From Torpedo marmorata (taxonomy: Eukaryota), in contig OZ360229.1 of assembly GCA_977017645.1 (NCBI GenBank), positions 103,850,001 through 103,914,000 on the forward strand: a DNA stretch of 64,000 nucleotides. The letters are read 5' to 3'. The position numbers and the translations under genes were made by a program. The notes beneath the pieces were generated by a model. It made no database searches. It worked only from the letters and a program-made list of their open reading frames with translations, and was not told the DNA's origin. Shown piece by piece: positions 24,289-34,076 of the stretch (its first letter is position 1; every line of letters begins with the position of its first letter).

Positions 24289-24408
24289 TTTTCAAGGGTC
24301 GACTTATACGCCGAATCGGGTTTTCAAGGGTCGACTTATACGCCGAATCGTGTTTTCAAGGGTCGACTTATACGCCGAATCGGGTTTTCAAGGGTCGACT
24401 TATACGCC
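24289..24408. repeat. Subterminal 32-bp tandem repeat (about 3.7 copies) containing the TIR core gggtcgacttatacgcc
   Basis: Unit ttttcaagggtcgacttatacgccgaatcggg. Inverted cores also occur near 22772, 22826, 22880 and 24462. Confidence 0.9.
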
Positions 24409-25402
24409 AAATTGGCGTGGAGTGGTTTTTGAGCTGATTTTAAGGTCTCAAAAGTATATCGGGCGTATAAGTCGACCCCCGTTTTTGAGAGATTTTTGAG
24501 GGTTTCAAGACTCGACTTATACGCCGAAATATACGGTATATACAAAATTTCAGATGTTTGAGCAGCAGCAAATGATGTAATACCCCAGCCAATCATGGCA
24601 TGAAAATGCATAAGTTTGTGTGTTGCTGAAATTACAACTGGACTGCTTTTTTTGCCACCGAGCAGGTCAATTGCAATGTTTCCAAATCAAAGTTTACCAT
24701 TTTTATTGCCCACGTACTCTATTCCCTGTTAGGTTCTTGAATGCTTTTGCTGTATGTTTTCCTGAGTGTAGAAACATTCTTTAAAATTGCTAGGATTCCA
24801 TTTTGAAGAAGGCAAAAAAAAAATCCAGTTGTGAAATTGTTGCTGTCACATCTTTTTTACTTTTCAAAACAGCCTTCCAGAAGAAACCACATGCGCAGTA
24901 AATGATGAGCTTGGTAGAATCAATTTAATCCTGCAAAATTTCAAGTTTCTAACCCTTTTAATGACCCAGTAATATCAGAATCAGAATCAGAATTTATTGT
25001 CATGAACAAGTCATGAAATTCGGTGTTCTGCGGCAGCATCATAGTGCAAACATTCATATTATTACCATCTTACGACATTACTATAATAAAATATACATGA
25101 TAGTGCACGAAATGTAAGGCAGTGTCTTTGGTTCATTGATTATTCAGGAATCTGATGGCAGCGGGGAAGAAGCTATCCTTGTGCTGTTGAGTGCTTGACT
25201 TTAGGCTCCTGTACCTTTATCCCGATGGTAGCAGAGTGAAGAGGGCATGGCCTGGGTGGTGGGGGTCTTTGATGACAGAAGCTGCTTTTTTAGGACACCG
25301 TCTCGTGTAGATGTCCTCGATGGAGTGAAGTCTGGTGCCTGTGATGTCATAGGCCGAGTTAACAACCCCCTGGAGTTTATTCTTGTCCTGAGAGTTGGCG
25401 CC

Positions 25403-26079
25403 TGTAAGAGCCATAGGCTCACTACCTACCTTCTGTTTTGGCCACGGGCGCCAGCGGTGTCCCGGGGTCCGTAGGCCTCTTCCGTAGGCCGCACCAGCGC
25501 GAGCGCCGCCACCGCTTACGGAGCTGGAGCATGCGTGGTTAGCCAGCGGCGGTGGCTTCGGCTGGGGCCGGCGTATCCATCAGTGCGCATGCGCACTGAT
25601 GGACTGGGTCGACGCGTGCGCGGTTGTCTCGGCCCCGGTGGCGAGCGGTTGGAGCCGGGGCCAGCGCGTGTAGCCACGGAGCATGCGCGGGTGGGATCTT
25701 CTTTTAAAGAGGTTCCCCCGCGCGAGTCGGCAGTTGAAAACCTGAGGAGGGTGAGTTAGATGTCGACAATCTCTGTCGACCGTTTAATACTTTTGGAAAT
25801 CGTTTTATACTTTTGGAAATCGTTTAATACTTTTGGAAATCGTTTAATACTTTTGGAACACTTTTTATAACCTTTTTACATTGTTTTATATCCTTTTACA
25901 TTATTTTACATCATTTCAAGAAATGTTTATATTAAAGTCTGAAGATTACTGCAAGTCTAATGTAAATAAAGGTTTTTTGAACATTTTGGACTTTGTTGGT
26001 AAATGAATGAAAACGCGTCGCAGACAAACATCTAACTTAGCCTCCAAGCGACTATTTTTTATTGGACGAAGTCGCTACA
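25403..26079 (+). repeat. 5' LTR of the BEL/Pao element
   Basis: CpG-rich 5' half, TATA-like ttttaaa at 25702, and four copies of a 20-bp unit cgtttaatacttttggaaat at 25781-25859. Confidence 0.95.
25576..25603. promoter_or_regulatory. Perfect 28-bp palindrome centred on an NRF1 consensus in the LTR U3
   Basis: tccatcagTGCGCATGCGCActgatgga; the 3' LTR copy has one mismatch. Confidence 0.5.
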
Positions 26080-26486
26080 TTAAGTCGACAGAGAATTTGT
26101 TGAACTAAGTCGACAGAGATTCGGTCACTGAAACGGAAAATAGGATAGGAAGGAGAAGCCAGGAGGGTCAGTGAGGTTTCCAGATACATAAGGACCACAC
26201 TTAGCCTCCAGGTGACCAACGTTGGATCGAAGTCACCGCAATCTACGTAGTCAATAGAGAGCTGGCTGTTTGGAACAGAAAATAGAAGGAAAGAAGATAA
26301 AAAAACTCGTTTGTGGATTGCAGCACATTACAGTCAGTTGAAGTGGTTGGCATAAGTCTGTGGACTCCTTCTGTGTATCTTTAGTAAGTAAGAACACAGA
26401 TTGGAATTGCTGCCGCTGGTCCATTGGGGACTGTTGTTTGGCTGGTATTGTGTATGCTTGAAGGAAAGAGGAACTAGACGAGTAAA

Positions 26487-29400
26487 ATGGCCGCAGCAGC
26501 CACTGATACAGCAGCTACTGATATATCAGCAGCTGGCGCAGCAACCGCTGATGTTGCTGTTGAGGACCGACGTATTGAAGACATGAAGGTTACGGATATT
26601 AAAGAAGAATTGAAGCGACTGAAAAAGGACATAAGAGGAAATAAAAGGGTTCTTATCGAAAGATTGAAGCAGGCAAAGGATGAAGAGGCAGCTTCATTAA
26701 ATGAACAAGAAGATAACTTGGAAATGGCTGAAATTGTGTCAACAAATGATGAAGGAATTAAAGTGGTTGAAGATTCAAAGGATATACAATTTGAATTGAA
26801 TAAAGAGGTAAGTATGAAGACAGCATATGAACTGCAGGACGAAATACAAGCAAGTGACAGTGTCTCAATTGCTGAAAGCAGGAGAAGCAAAAGAAGTTCT
26901 GGTTCGAGCTCCAGAGTTTCTCGCACTTCAAATTATACATCGTCACGTACAAATGTTGATGTTAAATTGGCCGCTCTTCTTGCACAACAAAAAATGCTTA
27001 AGGATAAATATATTTTGGAAGAAGAGGAGGAGCAGCTAAGACAAAAGGAGAAGCAGCTAATGGAGCAGCTAAGACAAGAGAAGGAGCAACTAAGGCAGAG
27101 AAAAGAACAGCAGGAGCTAGAAGCAAACATTGCTATTTCCAAGGCAGAAAAGAAAGCAATAGAAGGCTCGATGGTATCTGGTGCTAGCAGTAAATTATCT
27201 AAATTGTCTGATAATAAAAGGTCATATTTAAAAAAGGAGTCACAGGAAAAGAAACCAACCAAAAGGATAGATATTTTAGAACCAAGGATACAAAACTTAC
27301 ATATACAAGGACAAACCTTTCAAGGGCATATTGGTATCGAGTCACATGTACCAATAGTAACATCTGAAGACAAGGCTGCGGCTTGGGTTCGGTCGAACGA
27401 AGCAGCTTCTTTGTTATATGAGACAAGAATCAGAAATATGGAAGAAACTACACCAGTGAGGTTTCCAGATACATTGCATGCAACAAGAGACAGTGAACAG
27501 AGCAATGTATTGACATCCAAGGAAAGACAAAATGAAATTGCTGCATCATTGTTTCAGTTACAGTCTCTCTCTTCTTTACCCAAAAAGGAGATACAAACCT
27601 TTGATGGTGATCCACTTCAATATCAATCATTTATGAGATCTTTCAAACGCAATATTGAATATAAATGTCAAGGTCGTGATGAATGTCTTTATTATTTGGA
27701 AATGTTTACAAAGGGACATCCAAAAGAACTGGTAAAGAGTTGTAAACAAATGTCTTCAGAAAGAGGATTAGACAAAGCTAAGGCTTTACTGGAACAATAT
27801 TTTGGCAACAAGCATCGAATTGCTTTAGCTTATATGGATAAAGCTCTTAATTGGACATCAATAAAACAAAATGATGTAAAGGCTCTGCAAGAATATACTC
27901 TGTTTTTAAGAGGATGTTGTAATGCTATGGAAGAAATCGATAATATTCGTGAGCTTGAAGTGCATAGTAATATGCGAATCATCTTAGAAAAATTATCTTA
28001 CAAGTTATGGGATAGATGGAGAAATTTGGCTTGTGATTTACAAGTAGATTACGGTCGAAAGAGTACCTTAAAGGATTTGGTAAATTTTCTTGAACGACGG
28101 GTGTACGTTGAAACAGATCCACTATATGGAAATGCCAGAGATAATTCAATGGGCAAAGATGTAAAGAAGTCTAACACACAGTCTAGTCCGAAAGTAAAAA
28201 GGAGTACCTTTGCTACTAATGTGCAAGTTATAAGTAAAGAAAAGGACAAAGTAAATAAGGAAAAGGAAAGTTTGCCTGATGAAAAGAGTTGTTTGTTCTG
28301 TAAAGGTGGACATGCTTTGGAAATGTGTTTACGATTGGAAAAGAAGGAACATAAGGAAAAGATCGCTTTCTTAAAGGAAAATGGAATATGTTTTAGCTGT
28401 TTGTGTAAAGGACACATCAGTAAAAACTGCGAGAAGCGAATTAATTGTAACATATGCAATTTGAAACATCCTAGAATTTTGCATATCCATAACAGAAACA
28501 AGGAATTGGGAAAAGAGCAAACAGAAACAAAGGAAACAACAGAAAATAATGTTATAACCTCGGTTCAGACAAGTGGTCTTACTGGGGCCGGAATGAATAA
28601 CTGCAAACTTTCAATAGTGCCTGTACAAGTCAAGGCCAAGAAAGGGGATGTAATAGTTAAAACATATGCATTTTTAGATCCAGTCAGCACTGCTTCCTTT
28701 TGCACGGAAGGACTAATGATTAAACTTAATATTCAAGGAAAAAGATCAAAAATTATGTTAAGAACAATGGGACAAGAAAAGGTTGTTGAAACTAACATTG
28801 TTTCAGGCTTAGAGGTTGCTGGATTGGATGACAAAAAAATTTGTGATCTTCTAAGTGTATATACTCAGAAGACTATGCCTGTGAATGAAGGAAATATTCC
28901 TCATCAAAGGGATATCCATCATTTAGCTTATCTGTGGAAGGTTTATTTACCTGAGATTAATTCTGAGATAGAAATGCTGATTGGTTCAGATGTGCCAAAG
29001 GTTTTGGAACCGAAAGAAGTAATAGAGAGTAAAAGGAATGGACCTTACGCTATTAGAACCAAGTTTGGTTGGACAATCAATGGACCACTGGAAAGAAATA
29101 ATGATATTGCTCAGGAACAGTTGGCGATAAATATTAATAGAATTTCGGTTGAGAAAGTTGAAGAGTTAAGCGAAGAGCAAAAAACTGTGAATAAGAAAAT
29201 CACTTTTGAAGAAAAGAAAACAGATCAATGTGAAAATAAATCAATGGTATTTAAAACAACATTGAAGGAATTAATTTCGTCAGAAATGGATGAAAGTGAA
29301 GTATTAGAAAATGTTGCAAATAATACTATTGATCATTCATGTGTAATTGAATCCAATACAGGAATAAAACAAGTGACTGAAAACAAATCTGAATGTAGAT

Positions 29401-30203
29401 TTTGTAATTCAGAGAATACAACAGACAAAGCTAACGAAGAAAGATTACAACGTGATGTAAAACTGGAAAACACAGAAAACTGTACTGATGGAATAAAGAA
29501 TATTGCGAATGATAATTTAATGCAATTGAATTCAGAGAACAAAATGTTGAAAGGGGAATTGGAAATATTAGATAATCAAGAAAACAGTAAACAGAAAGAT
29601 TTAATTGTAAGTAAAACTCGCAAAGTCAGAAAGCGGAAGAAAAGAATAACTGCTGAAGAAATGAATACAGTTATCGAGGAAAGAGATTTAGCATTATCAA
29701 AATGTAAAAGGTTGGAGGAAGAGATTAATGTTTTGAAAGAGAACAAGTTATTGGTTAATAACACAAAACAATTAACAATGCAGAAAGAATGTGATATTGC
29801 ATTGCAGAAATATAACAAACAAGACGAAGAAATTAAAAAATTTCAAGTTTGCCGCAACAGGATTGACAATGGAAATATCAATGTAGCACATGATATTTTG
29901 ACTTCAGATCAAAGTATTAATTTCTCGAAAAGAACTGAGACCGAATTGAAAGTTGCAAAATTGGATTTAGAATTGCAGGAAAGAGCCATAGAAACCAGAG
30001 TGGTTAAACAGACCTGTTTAAAATCGAAAGGATCAGATAAATATTCAAATTCTAGTTCTAAGAGTTTAAATTCTTCACATGAGAAGTGGAATACTGAAAA
30101 AAGAAATAAAGTGAAACGACATGTTGAAGAAGTGCCTTGTGTTAAATTCAAAAGAAAAACTGTATCTATTTTATCTGAGGAAGATTTGAAGTTTACTGGT
30201 TAA
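26487..30203 (+). CDS. 1238-aa chimeric polyprotein: SAP domain, BEL/Pao Gag (three Zn knuckles), aspartic protease-like domain, coiled-coil tail with MIPOL1-like segments
   Basis: The ORF is uninterrupted. SAP-like IEDMKVTDIKEELKR...GNKRVLIERLKQA; Gag LPKKEIQTFDGDPLQY..F; knuckles CLFC..H..C, CFSC..GH..C and CNIC..KH..LH; protease TYAFLDPVS..LIGSD..RTKFGWTINGP; tail RITAEEMNTVIEERDLALSKCKRLEEE. Confidence 0.85.
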   Translation: MAAAATDTAATDISAAGAATADVAVEDRRIEDMKVTDIKEELKRLKKDIRGNKRVLIERLKQAKDEEAASLNEQEDNLEMAEIVSTNDEGIKVVEDSKDIQFELNKEVSMKTAYELQDEIQASDSVSIAESRRSKRSSGSSSRVSRTSNYTSSRTNVDVKLAALLAQQKMLKDKYILEEEEEQLRQKEKQLMEQLRQEKEQLRQRKEQQELEANIAISKAEKKAIEGSMVSGASSKLSKLSDNKRSYLKKESQEKKPTKRIDILEPRIQNLHIQGQTFQGHIGIESHVPIVTSEDKAAAWVRSNEAASLLYETRIRNMEETTPVRFPDTLHATRDSEQSNVLTSKERQNEIAASLFQLQSLSSLPKKEIQTFDGDPLQYQSFMRSFKRNIEYKCQGRDECLYYLEMFTKGHPKELVKSCKQMSSERGLDKAKALLEQYFGNKHRIALAYMDKALNWTSIKQNDVKALQEYTLFLRGCCNAMEEIDNIRELEVHSNMRIILEKLSYKLWDRWRNLACDLQVDYGRKSTLKDLVNFLERRVYVETDPLYGNARDNSMGKDVKKSNTQSSPKVKRSTFATNVQVISKEKDKVNKEKESLPDEKSCLFCKGGHALEMCLRLEKKEHKEKIAFLKENGICFSCLCKGHISKNCEKRINCNICNLKHPRILHIHNRNKELGKEQTETKETTENNVITSVQTSGLTGAGMNNCKLSIVPVQVKAKKGDVIVKTYAFLDPVSTASFCTEGLMIKLNIQGKRSKIMLRTMGQEKVVETNIVSGLEVAGLDDKKICDLLSVYTQKTMPVNEGNIPHQRDIHHLAYLWKVYLPEINSEIEMLIGSDVPKVLEPKEVIESKRNGPYAIRTKFGWTINGPLERNNDIAQEQLAININRISVEKVEELSEEQKTVNKKITFEEKKTDQCENKSMVFKTTLKELISSEMDESEVLENVANNTIDHSCVIESNTGIKQVTENKSECRFCNSENTTDKANEERLQRDVKLENTENCTDGIKNIANDNLMQLNSENKMLKGELEILDNQENSKQKDLIVSKTRKVRKRKKRITAEEMNTVIEERDLALSKCKRLEEEINVLKENKLLVNNTKQLTMQKECDIALQKYNKQDEEIKKFQVCRNRIDNGNINVAHDILTSDQSINFSKRTETELKVAKLDLELQERAIETRVVKQTCLKSKGSDKYSNSSSKSLNSSHEKWNTEKRNKVKRHVEEVPCVKFKRKTVSILSEEDLKFTG

Positions 30204-30242
30204 CGTTTTAACTCGAAGATTATAGAGATAAAAGAACTTTGG

Positions 30243-30353
30243 AGAGACATTGTGATTATTATGGATAATTCGACTTCAAGAAACTCCTGGTTACTTGGAA
30301 AAATTATTGAGACTTTTCAAGACAAAGGAGGAACTTTGATAAATGTAAACTAA
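30243..30353 (+). pseudogene. Remnant of the BEL/Pao integrase C-terminal domain (DUF5641-like)
   Basis: Translates RDIVIIMDNSTSRNSWLLGKIIETFQDKGG, matching the GD.V......PR..W.LG.I...FPD..G pattern. Confidence 0.75.
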
Positions 30354-30546
30354 CTTTATTTGTTGTTGTATATTTCAGGTTACAGAGTTTTGTTCATCCA
30401 GAGTTATGGTAAACTCTGGTCTTGTGAAGAAAGAAGAAAGGATTTGTATATTTGTTCGAATGTTATATGGTTATTGTTATTATAATGTTATAGTTATGTA
30501 ATTATTATTAGAGATGTTACATCTCATTATAATAATTAGGGGCCGG

Positions 30547-31233
30547 TGTAAGAGCCATAGGCTCACTACCTACCTTCTGTTTTGGCCACGGGCGCCAGCG
30601 GTGTCCCGGGGTCCGTAGGCCTCTTCCGTAGGCCGCACCAGCGCGAGCGCCGCCACCGCTTACGGAGCTGGAGTGTGGCGGCGCATGCGTGGTTAGCCAG
30701 CGGCGGCGGCTTCGGCTGGGGCCGGCGTATCCATCAGTGTGCATGCGCACTGATGGACTGGGTCATTGCGTGCGCGGTTGTCTCGGCCCCGGCGGCGAGC
30801 GGTTGGAGCCGGGGCCAGCGCGTGTAGCCACGGAGCATGCGCGGGTGGGATCTTCTTTTAAAGAGGTTCCCCCGCGCGAGTCGGCAGTTGAAAACCTGAG
30901 GAGGGTGAGTTAGATGTCGACAATCTCTGTCGACCGTTTAATACTTTTGGAAATCGTTTTATACTTTTGGAAATCGTTTAATACTTTTGGAAATCGTTTA
31001 ATACTTTTGGAACACTTTTTATAACCTTTTTACATTGTTTTATATCCTTTTACATTATTTTACATCATTTCAAGAAATGTTTATATTAAAGTCTGAAGAT
31101 TACTGCAAGTCTAATGTAAATAAAGGTTTTTTGAACATTTTGGACTTTGTTGGTAAATGAATGAAAACGCGTCGCAGACAAACATCTAACTTAGCCTCCA
31201 AGCGACTATTTTTTATTGGACGAAGTCGCTACA
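30547..31233 (+). repeat. 3' LTR of the BEL/Pao element
   Basis: Direct repeat of 25403-26079. Confidence 0.95.
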
Positions 31234-34076
31234 GCGCCTCCATACCAGGCAGTGATGCAACCAGCCAGAATGCTCTCCACGGTACACCTGTAGATGTTTA
31301 CAAGAGTCTTCGGTGACATACCGAATCTTCTCAGACACCTCACAAAGTATAGCCGCTGATGAGCCTTCTTTGTGATTTCATCAACGAGGAGGCTCCAGGA
31401 CAGATCCTCGGAGATGTTGACACCCAGGAATTTGAAGTTCTTGACCCTCTCCACTACTGAGCCCTCGATGAGGACTGGGTCGTGTTCCCCTGACTTCCTC
31501 CTGAAGTCCACAATCATCTCCTTGGTTTTGCTGACATTGAGCGCAAGGTTGTTGTCGTTACACTATTCAACGAGCTGATCTATCTCCCTCCTATATGCTT
31601 CCTCATTGCCGTTTGTGATTCTGCCGACAACTGTGGTGCCATCGGCAAACTTGTAGATGGCATTGGAATTATGCCTGGCCACACAGTCATGGGTGTATAA
31701 CGAGTAGAGCAGTGGGCTAAGCACGCATCCTAGGGGTGCGCCTGTGTTGATAATCAGTGAGGAGGAGACGTTGTTTCCAATTCATACTGACTGTGGTCTT
31801 CCGATGAGAAAGTCAAGGATCCAGTTGCAGAGGGGGGTACAGAGGCCTAAAGGTTGTAGCTTCTTGACCAGCACTGAGGGAATAATGGTATTGAAGTTGA
31901 TGACGAGCAGCCGTATGTATGAGTTGCTGTTTTCGAGGTGATCCAGAGCTGAGTGGAGAGCCAGTGATATTGCATCTTCTGTGGAGCGATTGTGACGATA
32001 GGCGAATTGCAGTGGGTCCATACCTTTGCTTAGGTACATGTTAATTCTGGCCATGACCAGCCTCTCAAAGCATTTCATCACAGTAGAAGTTAGTGCAGCT
32101 GGACGGTAGTCGTTGAGGCAGCTCACACTACTCGTCTTTGGTACCGGGATGATTGATACCCTTTAGAAGCAGGTGGGAACCTCTGACTGCTGCATATAAT
32201 ATAACCTCTAATTTCACAAAAAAAATATATAGACAGAGGTTTTGACATAGCTAACCATTCCAAGTATGATAAATGAGCATTAATGATAAAAATATGACTG
32301 AGCCATGAAAGAAGTGAAGATTTAGGCAGAGTCAGAGGAAAGAGCAGTGGAGGCAGGAATGCTTGCAGAGAATTCTACTGTTTAATGTCTGGGGTCACTG
32401 AGAGTAGAACAATTATGGTCGAAGATAGAGTGAAAGGAACACAAGGATCCTGGTGCTGGAGGATGAAGCAGGTTTACATCTGAAGGTGATCAGCTTCTCC
32501 TAAGATCCTCTAAAATACAAGAACTTCCATACCAAAAGATTCTATCATACGATCATGAAATCAGGAGCAAAAGAGACCATTCAACTCATTAGATTTTACC
32601 CAGATCTTCCAATGCACAACCCATCCACATCACTCACTCTGCCATTCCCCTATATCACTATAATTTCTTTCTTATTCATTATAGCGCTTCACACAATGAA
32701 GGTGAACAGTATAATATGACAGAACTGCTGTCAGTTGTGTAAAAGATTTTTGAGTAAGAAATGAGTGTCGGAATGATAAAAGAATTCATCAACAAGACCT
32801 TTAGGACAGTCATCGTCAAGGATGGATGCAAGCCTTGTTTGTTTAGCTATTAAAATCAGCTTGCTCAATTTACATTTTTCAATGAACAATGAAATATTCA
32901 TTTGTAAAAAACTATAAACATTATCAATTGAAATAAGAATGACGGTTTTAGGGATTTGATGTGCGCAAAAGAAAATTTTGAGCAATCTAGTTCAAAAATA
33001 TTTTGTTTATTGGCTGGAACTGATGGCAGCGGTTTGCTAACTGCTGATATAAACTGATGTTGTAAGCATTGCGAAATGATCACCAAATAAACAGCCTACA
33101 TCTAAAAACAAAAAGAAAATAATGCCTTTCCTCTCCATTGGCTCTACACAGTTTGTAACCACAGGAATTTCCTGAATGTGTTTGGAGACTGAAAATCTGA
33201 AATTGACTCTGTGGAGAATGGGAAGCAGTGAAGCACACATCATTGTATTTCCCTGTATATTACAAAAAGTTAAAGACATCAGCTGAAGCTGACCAACCTC
33301 CTGTGCCACAACAATCAAAATGGCCAAACAAAAGCAATAAATAACTCTTTTGGAAAACATTTAAAATGAATTGTAATTAAACTGAACATCGGGTCTCAAA
33401 CATCCCTGCAAGAGGTTCTGTAAACAAAACTGGATACAAGTACACAACATTTACAATCATCTACAATATATTACATAAACAATAGAACTTCGATTGTAAC
33501 TATCTGCCAAAGTCATACGAATAATATCAAACAATAGACCAATTTCTGCCTTTACCAATTCCAAGATTGAATTTTAAAAATGAAGTCTTTCAACATTGGA
33601 ATTAGCCCTGCAATGAAACAGTTTATTTTCAGTTCAAATCAGTCTGTAATCATATTGCCTGTTCCAACTCAACACTAATTGTCACTAAATCATCAATGAT
33701 CTATCTCTTCACGAGATCAAGGATGGCTGGCATATCAAATGGAATAATCTCACATAGGTTAGTCAAGGCATAATGTTAAGGAAAAAATTTGGAAGGTGTT
33801 TGATATTGGTTGAATGAAGAGGGCTCACAGAATTATATTTACCGTATTTGACGGCATATAAGACCCCCCTTTTTTCCCCAAAATATCACCTCAAAAACCA
33901 TCCCGGGTCTTATATGCGAAGGTGACATTTTGGTGCCGCCATTTTGGTGCCGCCATTTTGGGCACTGAGTGTAGTCCAGGAAGCGGGCCCGCAGCTTCGC
34001 GGACCATCTTCCCTTGGGTGGCCCGTACTTTCCGGAGTCGCTGCTGCCGCCGCTCACTTCCCCCAGAAAGAAGGCT

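Larger units (their letters stand above)
22689..24536 (+). mobile_element. pogo-superfamily DNA transposon (POGK/Passer-like)
   Basis: TIRs of about 25 bp (CCGAATATTTTGGCGAATAAGTCGA / TCGACTTATACGCCGAAATATACGG), TA TSD at 22687-22688 and 24537-24538, and an internal transposase. Confidence 0.93.
25403..31233 (+). mobile_element. Non-autonomous BEL/Pao LTR retrotransposon with an intact chimeric gag-protease ORF
   Basis: LTRs 25403-26079 and 30547-31233 read TGTA...TACA and differ by a few substitutions and one indel of about 10 bp. The TSD is GCGCC (25398-25402 and 31234-31238), with PPT-like aattaggggccgg before the 3' LTR. No RT or RNase H motifs are present. Confidence 0.95.
24975..32195 (-). 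mobile_element. 5'-truncated Rex1/Babar-type LINE split by the BEL/Pao element (pieces 24975-25402 and 31239-32195)
   Basis: RT pieces CLNDYRP..., LCNWILDFL and ITAWYGGA|NSQDKNKLQ join across the insertion. The tail (tcagaa)n lies at 24975. Confidence 0.92.

Noticed and set aside
24289-24408. Regular 32-bp repeats resembling a CRISPR array
   Set aside because: There are no unique spacers and no cas genes. The units contain the transposon's TIR core, and the context is eukaryotic.
25781-25859. 20-bp repeats as a CRISPR or iteron array
   Set aside because: They are head-to-tail repeats without spacers and are present in both LTRs.
29598-30014. A genuine host mipol1 exon
   Set aside because: It lies inside an LTR pair with a TSD, is in frame with Gag, is diverged and appears permuted, so it is treated as captured cargo.
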